Positions 28,226 through 37,849 of a DNA stretch of 64,000 nt are shown here, one piece after another. The position numbers and the translations under genes were made by a program. The stretch spans positions 1,395 through 65,394 of the forward strand of contig JAPPIB010000008.1 of NCBI GenBank assembly GCA_028820695.1, given 5' to 3'. Below the pieces are notes generated by a model. That model made no database searches. It saw only the letters and a program-made list of their open reading frames with translations, and was not told where the DNA came from. This DNA comes from Acidiferrobacterales bacterium. Lineage in GTDB: Bacteria > Pseudomonadota > Gammaproteobacteria > Arenicellales > JAJDZL01. Every line of letters starts with the position of its first letter. Position 1 is the first letter of the stretch.

Positions 28226-29299
28226 GTGTTCGGCAAGGCCGCGGCGCCACAGTCCATGACACTGCACGTGGATGCGGCACAGATCGACGACCTGATCGGT
28301 TTCCCACGCGCGGTGGTGTTTTCGCAACCCACCGCGCTTGAATCCCTGTCCAATCTTTCCGCCGACTGCGGCGGGACAAAGCTGTTCGTAAAACGCGACG
28401 ACTGTAATTCCCCGGCTCTCGGAGGAAACAAGGTGCGGCAGCTGGAATATTATTTCGGTGATGCTCTTGCAAACGGTTGCGATACGGTATTGATTACCGG
28501 TGCTGTCCAGTCAAACTTCGCTCGAATCACTGCAGGATTTGCCGCAAAACTGGGAATGCAGTGTCACATTCAGCTCGAATCAAGGGTTGACACCTCATCT
28601 CACTTTTATCATTCATCTGGAAATGTTCTTCTGGACCGACTGTTCGGGGCCCGGCTTCACTATCTCTCGGAAGGCGAAAACGAGACCGCGGCCGATGCCG
28701 CACTGGAGGAACTCGCAGACCGGCTCCGATCACAAGGTCACAAGCCCTATGTCATCCATCTGGCTCCCGGCCGCAAACCCCTGGGTGCGCTCGGATACGT
28801 TCGAGGCGCGGCGGAAATTGTGCTGCAACTTCGGGATCAGAACCTGAGAATCGATGAGATTTTTGTCGCGTCAGGTAGCGGCAGCACGCACGCAGGACTG
28901 CTGTTCGGCTTGAGAGCGTTGGGATGCAAGATGCCGGTGACCGGGGTCTGTGTCCGACGCGACAAGCACTTGCAGGTCAGCCGGATTCGGACACATTGCG
29001 GCAAACTGGTGTCAATGCTGAATTTCGACCCGTGTCTGCAGGACGATGACTTTGTCCTGACCGACGAAGTCTTCAGTCCCGGTTATGGACAGGCCAGTCC
29101 GTCGGTGTGGGATGCCATTGTGCGCGCCGCCCGACGCGAGGGGCTTATCCTGGATCCAACCTATTCCGGCAAGACAATGGCAGCCTTTCTCTCGCGCGCA
29201 CAGCAGTCCCCGTCCGATTCGCATCTGCTTTTCATCCACACCGGCGGGACGCCGGGTGTTTTTGCCTATCAGGATCAGCTGGAGAAGCATCTGTCCTGA
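28226..29299 (+). CDS. PLP-dependent D-cysteine desulfhydrase / ACC deaminase / L-cysteate sulfo-lyase (CuyA) family enzyme
   Basis: 357-aa ORF with the PLP-lysine block KRDDCNSPALGGNKVRQLEY. It starts 3 nt after the permease stop (GTG at 28226; alternative ATG at 28256). Confidence 0.8.
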   Translation: MFGKAAAPQSMTLHVDAAQIDDLIGFPRAVVFSQPTALESLSNLSADCGGTKLFVKRDDCNSPALGGNKVRQLEYYFGDALANGCDTVLITGAVQSNFARITAGFAAKLGMQCHIQLESRVDTSSHFYHSSGNVLLDRLFGARLHYLSEGENETAADAALEELADRLRSQGHKPYVIHLAPGRKPLGALGYVRGAAEIVLQLRDQNLRIDEIFVASGSGSTHAGLLFGLRALGCKMPVTGVCVRRDKHLQVSRIRTHCGKLVSMLNFDPCLQDDDFVLTDEVFSPGYGQASPSVWDAIVRAARREGLILDPTYSGKTMAAFLSRAQQSPSDSHLLFIHTGGTPGVFAYQDQLEKHLS

Positions 29300-29311
29300 G
29301 ACAATTGGGGG

Positions 29312-29824
29312 TCAACTGCGCCGAAACAGTATTCGCAATCCGAATATCTCCAACGCGATCAGGACCGCTCCGGCTGTAATGCACGCATCCGCCAGATTGA
29401 AAGTGCTGTAATGCCAGTTGGCATAGTAAAAGTCCAGAAAGTCGACTACGTGGCCATGCGCGATCCGATCAGCCAGATTGCCCGCCGCACCGCCGATGAT
29501 CAGCCATATGCCGGTGACAGCTTGGCTGCGCCCGGGCCTCGAAACCCAGAGGACGTACAGGAGTAAAGCGAGGATTCCGACGGTCACAAACAGGAAAAGC
29601 GTGTTGGCATCAATATCGGAATCGGCAAGAAATCCGAATGCGGCACCCTTGTTGAACACCAGATAGATGTTGAAAAAGTCGGTGACTGGAATTGGTCTGA
29701 ACGGCTCAGCATTGGTCAGGACCAGCACTTTCGTGATCTGATCCGCGACCAGCACAGTCAAAGCCAACCCGAGATGGATGCCCAGTGTCTTGCGTTCACT
29801 GAACTGCAGCCGGGTGTCAGACAT
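29312..29824 (-). CDS. lspA: lipoprotein signal peptidase (signal peptidase II)
   Basis: 170-aa ORF with four TM segments and conserved blocks (FNKGAAFGF, GGAAGNLADR, VVDFLDF). It lies downstream of ileS. Confidence 0.9.
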   Translation of the reverse strand: MSDTRLQFSERKTLGIHLGLALTVLVADQITKVLVLTNAEPFRPIPVTDFFNIYLVFNKGAAFGFLADSDIDANTLFLFVTVGILALLLYVLWVSRPGRSQAVTGIWLIIGGAAGNLADRIAHGHVVDFLDFYYANWHYSTFNLADACITAGAVLIALEIFGLRILFRRS

Positions 29825-29872
29825 GTCAGGTTGGGGATCAGTGTGCGGGTCGAAGTTCAGTCTCGATCCGAA

Positions 29873-32707
29873 TCACGCAAATCGTCTTTGCTCACCGGGT
29901 CCGGAAATATTGGATACACATCTGAGACAAATCTCCGGATGGCGCTCATCTGCGCCGACATCCGGTGTCTGATGCCAGCATCGAACGCACTTGCTGTGTT
30001 CGGATTTCGCCACCTGAATCGCCAGCCCGTCGATATCCGACGGCTCAGCCGCGCCATTCATGGAATCTGCCGGCTCGACCGACGCGCTGGACGTGATGGT
30101 TACAAAACGCAACTCATCACCCAGTCGGGTCAACGTCTCACGGATCGGCTCCGAACAGTGCAGGGAGACTTCAGCTGCCAGTGCTGAACCGATCAATCCT
30201 GAATTTCGACTCCTCTCAAGCTGGCGATTGACCTGTTCGCGAATCTCAATCACCTTGCGCCAGAAGTCCATTTCCGTCGCATCGTCGTTGCGAGCCGCGC
30301 TCGGCCAGCCTTCGTACCACAGCGACAGGAATACGGATTGCTCGCGCGTCCCGGGCACATGCTTCCAGATCTCTTCAGCGGTAAAACTCAAAATCGGAGC
30401 AAGCCATCGGACAAAGGCCTCAAGAATGTGATACATCGCTGTCTGCGCCGACTTTCTTCCCAGACTGTCCTGCGGCATTGTGTACAGACGGTCCTTGATC
30501 ACATCCAGATAAAATCCGCCCATGTCGACGATGCAGAATCGATGAATTTTCTGGCAGATCACGTGAAAGCGATAATTTTCATAAGCGTGCTGGATCTCAT
30601 CATTCAGTCCCATAGCGGTTCGCACCGCCCAACGGTCCAGTTCCAGCATATCGTCCCATGTGACACAGTCCGACACTTCGAACCCGTTCAGGTTGCCGAC
30701 CAGGAATCTGGCGGTGTTGCGTATGCGTCGATACGAATCGGTCGTGCGAACGAGAATTTCCTGAGAAATACCCATTTCTGCTTCATATTCGGTCGAAGCA
30801 ACCCAAAGACGCAGTGTGTCCGCACCCAGCTTGCCGATGACTTCCTGGGGGTTGATGATGTTGCCGACAGACTTGGACATCTTGCGACCTTCGCCATCAA
30901 CGGTGAATCCATGAGTCAGCACCGAACGATACGGTGCGGTTCCGGTAATCGCAACACTGACCAGCAGGCTTGACTGAAACCACCCGCGATGCTGATCCGA
31001 CCCTTCCAGATACATACCGGCGGGATTGGTCAGTTCAGATCGACCGTCAAGCACACTGTAGTGCGTCGCGCCGGAATCGAACCAAACGTCAAGTACATCA
31101 GTGACCTTGTCGTAGTCGCCCGCGTCATCACCGATAAATTCCGAATCATCCAGGTCGAACCACGCGTCGATCCCACCTTGTTCGATCTTTTTTGCCACCC
31201 TCTCGAATATCTCAAGCATGTCCGGATGAAGCTCACCGGTCTCCTTGTGAGTGTATAAGGTGAGCGGTGTTCCCCACACCCGCTGGCGCGACAGACACCA
31301 ATCCGGGCGGTTTCTGACCATGCCATCTATACGGGCCTCACCCCACTGAGGCACCCACTGGACTTTCCTGATGGCTTCCAATGCGGTATCTCGCAGATCG
31401 GCGAGCTCCATACTGACGAACCATTGGGGTGTCGCCCGGAAAATGATCGGGGTCTTGTGCCGCCAGCAATGTGCATAGCTGTGTTCGATGACATCATGGC
31501 AGATGAGTCCGCCGCGCGACTTAAGCAGCTCCGTCACTGCCTTCGCACCGTCGTCGACGGCCAGTCCTGCAACATGCGGGGTGGTGGACAGGAACTTGCC
31601 ATCGGGACCGACAGGATTGTAGATTTCCAGATCATTGCGCTTGCCCAGTTCAAAATCCTCCTGTCCGTGACCTGGCGCGGTATGGACCAACCCGGTTCCA
31701 GCTTCCAAGGTTACATGCTCAGCAACAACTGTCGGTACAGGTCTGTCGGCTCCGTCGAGTGGATGACCGAACTCGATTCCCTCAAGCGCGCTTCCACTCG
31801 CGGAAGCGACAATCTCATACTGTTGGACGCCATAACGAGACATGCATGACGCCACCAGTTCTTTCGCCAGGATGAGAAACTCGTCCGCACCTGAATTGAC
31901 GGCGCATCGCACCAGACTATAGCTGAATTCAGGATGCACTGCGATTGCGCGATTAGCGGGCAGTGTCCATGCCGTCGTCGTCCAGATTACCGCACTCACA
32001 CGCAGGTCATCAGTATCGGTCTGCTGTGCGTCGAACACTTGCATGACAGCACTTCGATCGATCGCCCCCATCCTGACATCGACCGTCGCGGACTTCTTGT
32101 CCAGAAATTCCACTTCAGCTTCCGCAAGCGCGGAACCACAGTTCGAACACCAGTAAACCGTCATCAGATCATGTACGATGTGACCGTTTTCCATAATCCG
32201 GGCAAGGGCGCGTACGCCATTGGCCTCGGTCTTGTAGTCCATGGTCAGATAGGGGTTGAACCAATCTCCGATCACACCCATACGGATGAAACCGTTTCTT
32301 TGTATGTCAATCTGTTCCGTGGCAAATTGCCGGCAGGCTTTGCGAAACGCCGATGGGTCTGTACGGTAGATCTCCCGACCTATCTTCTTTTCGACTTCGT
32401 GCTCGATCGGCAGGCCGTGGCAATCCCAGCCGGGGACATAGGGAGAATCGTAGCCTGCGAAAGTCTTGGACTTGACGATAACGTCCTTAAGGATTTTGTT
32501 AACCGCATGCCCGATATGCAATGCGCCATTGGCATAGGGCGGCCCATCATGCAGCACCCACTTCTCGCGGCCTTTTCCGGCTTCCCGCAGACAGCGGTAC
32601 AGATCGATCGAATCCCAGAACGCAAGTATGTCCGGTTCCCGCTTGGCGAGATTGGCGCGCATGGGAAAATCAGTCTTCGGAAGATTGATCGTTTCTTTGT
32701 AGTTCAT
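29873..32707 (-). CDS. ileS: isoleucine--tRNA ligase
   Basis: 944-aa ORF with HIGH ([11 protein letters not shown]) and KMSKS motifs and a C-terminal zinc-finger cysteine pair (CVRCW...CLRC). Confidence 0.97.
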   Translation of the reverse strand: MNYKETINLPKTDFPMRANLAKREPDILAFWDSIDLYRCLREAGKGREKWVLHDGPPYANGALHIGHAVNKILKDVIVKSKTFAGYDSPYVPGWDCHGLPIEHEVEKKIGREIYRTDPSAFRKACRQFATEQIDIQRNGFIRMGVIGDWFNPYLTMDYKTEANGVRALARIMENGHIVHDLMTVYWCSNCGSALAEAEVEFLDKKSATVDVRMGAIDRSAVMQVFDAQQTDTDDLRVSAVIWTTTAWTLPANRAIAVHPEFSYSLVRCAVNSGADEFLILAKELVASCMSRYGVQQYEIVASASGSALEGIEFGHPLDGADRPVPTVVAEHVTLEAGTGLVHTAPGHGQEDFELGKRNDLEIYNPVGPDGKFLSTTPHVAGLAVDDGAKAVTELLKSRGGLICHDVIEHSYAHCWRHKTPIIFRATPQWFVSMELADLRDTALEAIRKVQWVPQWGEARIDGMVRNRPDWCLSRQRVWGTPLTLYTHKETGELHPDMLEIFERVAKKIEQGGIDAWFDLDDSEFIGDDAGDYDKVTDVLDVWFDSGATHYSVLDGRSELTNPAGMYLEGSDQHRGWFQSSLLVSVAITGTAPYRSVLTHGFTVDGEGRKMSKSVGNIINPQEVIGKLGADTLRLWVASTEYEAEMGISQEILVRTTDSYRRIRNTARFLVGNLNGFEVSDCVTWDDMLELDRWAVRTAMGLNDEIQHAYENYRFHVICQKIHRFCIVDMGGFYLDVIKDRLYTMPQDSLGRKSAQTAMYHILEAFVRWLAPILSFTAEEIWKHVPGTREQSVFLSLWYEGWPSAARNDDATEMDFWRKVIEIREQVNRQLERSRNSGLIGSALAAEVSLHCSEPIRETLTRLGDELRFVTITSSASVEPADSMNGAAEPSDIDGLAIQVAKSEHSKCVRCWHQTPDVGADERHPEICLRCVSNISGPGEQRRFA

Positions 32708-32832
32708 TGCGAATTGTCATTCAGATAATGGGAAACTGCCGGTAGAACAAAACTTTTCAAGATTAATCCCTACCGACTGCAGTTGAGGACGAGCTGTTTT
32801 TCATATGGTTTCAAGAGGAACATCTCCATTTC

Positions 32833-33126
32833 TCATATAGCTCCTTTTGGAGCTTTGTTGTCCTCTTGGCCGCTGGGGCGGTGCACGACATCGGAAAATG
32901 CTCCCAAGTCGTATGGAACCCTAAAATCAACATTTGAATGGCGAACGCTTTGGGGAACAAAATCTACGTCGGTGATGACTTTCATTGCCGCAAGGAATGA
33001 AGTTTTTCCCGTACTGTTATCGCCAATCAAAAAGGTGAGCGGTGTCAAACGAACTGATTGTTTCGCGTGAAAACAACGAAAGTTTTGCAGTCTTACTTCC
33101 TGAATTTGAGACATTTCAACATCCAA
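32833..33126 (-). pseudogene. N-terminal stub of an AAA/ABC-type (OLD/RecF-like) ATPase
   Basis: The 97-aa ORF begins ...IQEVRLQNFRCFHAKQSVRLTPLTFLIGDNSTGKTSFL, the classic N-terminal strand plus Walker A of SMC/OLD-type ATPases. It stops after about 60 more residues, with no Walker B or signature motif downstream. Confidence 0.6.
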
Positions 33127-33374
33127 ATTTAGTTTCAGTCAATTGTAAATCTTCCGGGCAAATAGTCGCAAATCAATATAACGTCGAGTCGCATAAATTG
33201 GATTGATTGAAAGCGGCGTATGGGCAACACCGCACTCTCACTGAGCACCTCCTATAGCGGTGTACTCAAAGAGAATTTTCAAAGATTTCACGGGCTAAAC
33301 GGTCATGACTGGTGTCATTCATCCCGCACAATGAAAACTATTTTCAAGGCCAAGATTATCGCACAATCGAGAAT

Positions 33375-34322
33375 CTACGAAACCCGCTGTGACCATTCGT
33401 TTCCAAAATACTCGCGGGTCCTGAGAATATCCTGCTGAATCTGCTCACACATGGTTTCGATCGAATTGAACCGAACCTCGTCGCGTAGCTTTTGCAGGAA
33501 TCGGACCCGCATGCGACGACCGTAGATGTCCTTATCGAAATCCAGCAGATGCACTTCCAGCACAAACTTTGATCCATCAACTGTCGGTCGGGTACCCAGA
33601 CTGGCGACTCCCGGCAGCCATGACCCATCCCCGAGATCGGCCCTGACTACGAAAATTCCCTGCAGGGCGGGTTTGGAATTCTTGATCTGGACATTGGCCG
33701 TCGCGAATCCCCACCCCCTGCCGTTTCCGTCACCGCGTACTATTCTGCCTGACAGTGAATAGTCCTCACCCAGCAACCGGTTGGCATGGATCAGGTTCCC
33801 GGATGCCAGGCACTCGCGTATGCGTGAAGAACTGACACGCTCGTCGCCGACCATGAATGATTCTGTCCTGACAACTTCCATGTCGAACTTTCGACCGAGC
33901 CTTGCAAGCATCTCAAAATCTCCGCGCCGGTTTCTGCCGAATCGAAAGTCATCGCCAACCACAATGTGACGCACGCCGAGCTTGCCAACCAGCAGGTCCT
34001 CAACGAAAGCCTCGGGTTCGGTGTTCGCAAGTCGATGGTCAAAAGTCAGGCACAAGAACCGATCCACGTTCAGTTTGCTCAGACCCTCAAGCTTCTCGCG
34101 GACCGTCATCAGTCTCGGCGGAGCGGCATGAGGTACAAAAAATTCCAGCGGATGGGGTTCAAAACTCACGATCGTCACCGGCAGGCCGAACTCGCATCCT
34201 TTGCGCGACAGGGACTGGATCACCTGTCGATGTCCCGGATGCAAGCCGTCATAGTTGCCGACAGACGCGACACATCCATGATGACGGGAAGTGATGTTAT
34301 GCGCACCGCGAATAAATTCCAT
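33375..34322 (-). CDS. ribF: bifunctional riboflavin kinase / FMN adenylyltransferase
   Basis: 315-aa ORF with VASVGNYDGLHPGHR at the N-terminus and a riboflavin-kinase C-terminal domain (GFATANV..., LEVHLLDF). Confidence 0.95.
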   Translation of the reverse strand: MEFIRGAHNITSRHHGCVASVGNYDGLHPGHRQVIQSLSRKGCEFGLPVTIVSFEPHPLEFFVPHAAPPRLMTVREKLEGLSKLNVDRFLCLTFDHRLANTEPEAFVEDLLVGKLGVRHIVVGDDFRFGRNRRGDFEMLARLGRKFDMEVVRTESFMVGDERVSSSRIRECLASGNLIHANRLLGEDYSLSGRIVRGDGNGRGWGFATANVQIKNSKPALQGIFVVRADLGDGSWLPGVASLGTRPTVDGSKFVLEVHLLDFDKDIYGRRMRVRFLQKLRDEVRFNSIETMCEQIQQDILRTREYFGNEWSQRVS

Positions 34323-34369
34323 TCAATCGGACCTCATCTTCGGCAACCGCAACGCAGAAACCGATGCCG

Positions 34370-34783
34370 TCACGCCCAGTTCGGGTGAATTTCCTCGATG
34401 ATTTCGGAAACCGGCCGGCGCGCAGCAAATCCACCGGTATAGTTGTGATAATGCGACACCTCCAGCTCCGGATATTTCCAGCAAAGATAACCGTCCCCGG
34501 TATCAAAATCGACCAGCCACAGACCCTTGACCACCAGACCGAGCCGCTCCAGCTTGGAAATCCACTTCTTTACAACCTCCTCGTATTGCCGCTCTACGTA
34601 AACCACTCGCGGGTCGCTTGGAACGAAATTGCGAAGTTTCTTCTTGATGATCTCAAGCTCCTCGTACGAATCGCGGGTGATCTGCTTGACGAGTGGCAGT
34701 GCCTGATTGGCTTCGGCGAGAGTGAAATACCTGGGAGAGTCCGGTGAACCGATCTGAAAGACTGTTGAACTAGCGGTTTTCAT
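34370..34783 (-). CDS. DUF2203-family protein
   Basis: 137-aa ORF with YFTLAEANQALPLVKQI at the N-terminus, typical of DUF2203. It overlaps the murJ stop by 14 nt. Confidence 0.55.
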   Translation of the reverse strand: MKTASSTVFQIGSPDSPRYFTLAEANQALPLVKQITRDSYEELEIIKKKLRNFVPSDPRVVYVERQYEEVVKKWISKLERLGLVVKGLWLVDFDTGDGYLCWKYPELEVSHYHNYTGGFAARRPVSEIIEEIHPNWA

Positions 34784-36371
34784 TCTTTACCAACTGGTGG
34801 ATTCTGATGCCGAGCGCAAGCAGCGATATTGCGTAGAGGGCTGCACCGATCGCTACATAACCAAGCAGACGAAAAACCCGCTCGGCCACCCCGTAATCCA
34901 GCCAAAATGCCAGACCCGGCGATAACCACCACAATGCAAGTCCCATTATAAGTGAGGCGGTTGCGACACGGAAGATAAACATCGACCAGCCACTTTCGGG
35001 ACTGTACACCCGATCACGTCGGAGCCAACGATACAGCAACCCTGCGTTCACAAATGCCGCAATCGATATCGCTGCCGCCAATCCCACATGCTGGAAAGCA
35101 ATCGCAAGCACGACTGCCAGGATCGCGTTGACCACCATTGCAATCGCACCCGCCCGTACCGGTGTCTTGGTATCGTTGCGGGCAAAGAATCCAGGCGAGA
35201 GTACACGCACTGCGATCAGCGCGGTCAGACCTATACTGAATGCAACCAATGCCCGCGCGGACATGACCACATCGGTTTGGGTGAACGCGCCGTGAAAGAA
35301 AAGTGTCGCAATGATTTCTTCCGCCAGTACACTCAAGGCAACCGTCGACGGAAGCCCAATCAGCAGACTCCACCGCATCCCCCAGTCCAACACCCGCGAG
35401 AACTCCTGATAAGCGGTATCCACATGTTCTTTCGCCAAGCGCGGCAAAATCACCGAACCGAGCGCGACACCGAAAACACCGAGTGGAAATTCCATCAGCC
35501 GATCCGAATAGTAAAGCCACGATACGCTGCCGGTGATCAGGAAGGATGCAATGAAGGTGTTCACGATCAGGTTGACCTGGGCTACAGACGCTCCGAATAC
35601 CGCCGGCAGCATCAAACGGTAGACTTCCTTTGCACCCTGTTCGGCATCGCCCTGGATTTTTCTCCGTAATCGCGGTCTAGGCAGTTTTCCGATTCCGATA
35701 AGGAAAGGCAGTTGAAACAGAAACTGGACCACCCCGGCACCCAGTACGCCGATCGAAAGCGCGATCGCAGCATTCTGAGTCACACCGGTCAGCCACAGGG
35801 CCGACGCGATCAGCGATACATTGAGCAGGATCGGCGTTGCGGCCGGTGCCGCGAATCGTCCATGTGTATTCAGAATCCCGGCACTGAGCGCGACCAGGCA
35901 GACAAAGAGTACATAGGGGAAGGTGAGTCGCAGACTGTCAACTGTTAACTGGAACTTATCGATGTCACCGCGAAAACCCGGTGCGAGTATCGAAATGACA
36001 AGCGGTGAGAATATGACACCCACAGCCGACAGGATGATCAGCACCGCCGCCAACCTGCCTGTGACCAAATCAAGAAACCCCTGGACTTCCGACTGGTTCG
36101 AAGTCGCCTGCTGCTGGGTATAGACGGGTACAAAAGCCGCCGAAAACGCGCCCTCACCGAATATTCTCCGGAAGAAATTCGGAATTCTGAACGCGACAAA
36201 AAACGCGTCAGCAATATAGGTGCTGCCCATCAATTGCGCAAAGACAATATCACGGATCAATCCGGTGATTCTGGAGACCACAGTCATCGAACCGAATGCA
36301 GCGGTCGACTTGAGGAGTTTGCCGGTTCCTCGCGGTTGCGATTGGGATTCGCGGGGCTCGCCAGTGCTCAT
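34770..36371 (-). CDS. murJ: lipid II flippase MurJ (MviN)
   Basis: 533-aa polytopic membrane protein with N-terminal SRITGLIRDIVFAQLMG...ADAFFVAFRIPNFFRRIFGEGAFSAAFVP. Confidence 0.93.
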   Translation of the reverse strand: MSTGEPRESQSQPRGTGKLLKSTAAFGSMTVVSRITGLIRDIVFAQLMGSTYIADAFFVAFRIPNFFRRIFGEGAFSAAFVPVYTQQQATSNQSEVQGFLDLVTGRLAAVLIILSAVGVIFSPLVISILAPGFRGDIDKFQLTVDSLRLTFPYVLFVCLVALSAGILNTHGRFAAPAATPILLNVSLIASALWLTGVTQNAAIALSIGVLGAGVVQFLFQLPFLIGIGKLPRPRLRRKIQGDAEQGAKEVYRLMLPAVFGASVAQVNLIVNTFIASFLITGSVSWLYYSDRLMEFPLGVFGVALGSVILPRLAKEHVDTAYQEFSRVLDWGMRWSLLIGLPSTVALSVLAEEIIATLFFHGAFTQTDVVMSARALVAFSIGLTALIAVRVLSPGFFARNDTKTPVRAGAIAMVVNAILAVVLAIAFQHVGLAAAISIAAFVNAGLLYRWLRRDRVYSPESGWSMFIFRVATASLIMGLALWWLSPGLAFWLDYGVAERVFRLLGYVAIGAALYAISLLALGIRIHQLVKNENR

Positions 36372-36456
36372 ACAGACAGTTCGATCGAGACGAGGCAGAA
36401 GCTACCGGGAACTCAGCTCAGGTGATGAATTGGCGATTCCACACATCCGGTATGCG

Positions 36457-37092
36457 TCAGGCCAATCCATAAAGAGAGGTTATTCGATCGGCGAACACCC
36501 GGTTTCCGCCAAAGCTGGGATGCCTTACGCAATAGACCGGGATCTCGCAGTCCACAGCCGCAAGCGCTTTTCCTGCGTCAGCTCCGACACAGACGAGACG
36601 CTTCGGGCTGACTATAGTGATCAGTTCCGACAGCACCTGGATGCCAACCTTGCGCTCGGACGCTTTGTGGGCACGGTTGGAAAACGGACGGGCCGGCAGA
36701 TGAGGGTGAAACGGAAAAACGTTCCACAGAAAGATACTGGATTGTATCCGACTGAGAACTTTCCAGACCGCCGCCGCAGTGCGCTCGTGAACCGCATTTC
36801 CAACTGTCGGCGAGGCGGACTTGATGTTCCAGCGTCCGCAATGCGCATCGAAGCGCCGATCATCAGTAAATGCCAGTCCGGTGCGCCGCCCTCCGCGATA
36901 CCCTAAATCCCTTCCAATCCATATTGAGTCAACTTCCGAACGCACCGCGGCTTCAAGCATGAGAATCAACGCACGTCTGCGGATCGCCGGTGCCTGCGCC
37001 ACATCACAACGCTCACATCGATCCCGATAGGGATTGAAAGCATTGTCAAATGTCACACACCGAAGCTCTTTCAGAAATTGGGCTGTATTCAT
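36457..37092 (-). CDS. uracil-DNA-glycosylase-superfamily protein (atypical motif set)
   Basis: It has a motif-A-like GRDLGYRGGRRTGLAFTDD, NVFPFHP and a motif-B-like VRHPSFGG. The start was trimmed to the ATG at 37092 (MNTAQFLKEL...). Confidence 0.5.
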   Translation of the reverse strand: MNTAQFLKELRCVTFDNAFNPYRDRCERCDVAQAPAIRRRALILMLEAAVRSEVDSIWIGRDLGYRGGRRTGLAFTDDRRFDAHCGRWNIKSASPTVGNAVHERTAAAVWKVLSRIQSSIFLWNVFPFHPHLPARPFSNRAHKASERKVGIQVLSELITIVSPKRLVCVGADAGKALAAVDCEIPVYCVRHPSFGGNRVFADRITSLYGLA

Positions 37093-37313
37093 CGCAGTCT
37101 TCCATCGAAACAGAATCGAGAGCGACACCGGCCGGTCGCGAGAACAAAATGAACCCGGAGCGGCTGAACGGAACAGGACCAGTCAGCTGGCGACAAATCG
37201 CCTTGATTGCGATTCAATCCCAAACAAATCATACTCGGCTATTGACAATTGATGGAAAAAATAGCATTATTCTGCGCTTTACCACCTTGCAACAGAAAAA
37301 GGAACGGATTACT

Positions 37314-37589
37314 TTGGCAAATTCTCCCCAAGCTCGCAAACGGGCGAGACAAAACGTGAAACGACGCTCTCGCAACATGAGCGAACGAGCTGCAGTGCGC
37401 ACATACATCAAGAAATTCTACAAGGTTCTCGAATCGAAAGACGCTGATGCGGCACGGGAAGCCTTTGAGGCCGCCTGCTCGAAAGTCGATCGAAGCGCCC
37501 AAAAGGGACTTCAGCATAAGAACAAGGCGGCGCGTCTGAAAAGCCGGATGAACGCACATCTGAAAGAATTGGCTGTAACTGCCGACTGA
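37314..37589 (+). CDS. rpsT: 30S ribosomal protein S20
   Basis: (L->M)ANSPQARKRARQNVKRRSRNMSERAAVRTYIKKF... The TTG start at 37314 (rpsT also uses UUG in E. coli) is preceded by AAAAAGGAACGGA. The track ORF from 37050 is an artefactual extension. Confidence 0.9.
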   Translation: MANSPQARKRARQNVKRRSRNMSERAAVRTYIKKFYKVLESKDADAAREAFEAACSKVDRSAQKGLQHKNKAARLKSRMNAHLKELAVTAD

Positions 37590-37849
37590 ATTCAATCGCA
37601 GACGTCGCCGGACTTGCGTTTCCCTGGCGGCGTTAGTGACCTCCATACGCTACCATCGGTCAGAGTGTTTCGACAACAACAGTTCGAAACCACCTGATAT
37701 TGGAACGAGCGAATTTTCGCTGTCCGTAACGATCACTGGACAACGTTTGACGTAAACGGCAAGTCTCCCGTACATCTTTTGCGCAGATTCAGGCGGGCCT
37801 CAGCATAGGTTCCGTACAAACCGCGGCCGGTAGTGACAGCGTCGGAAAC

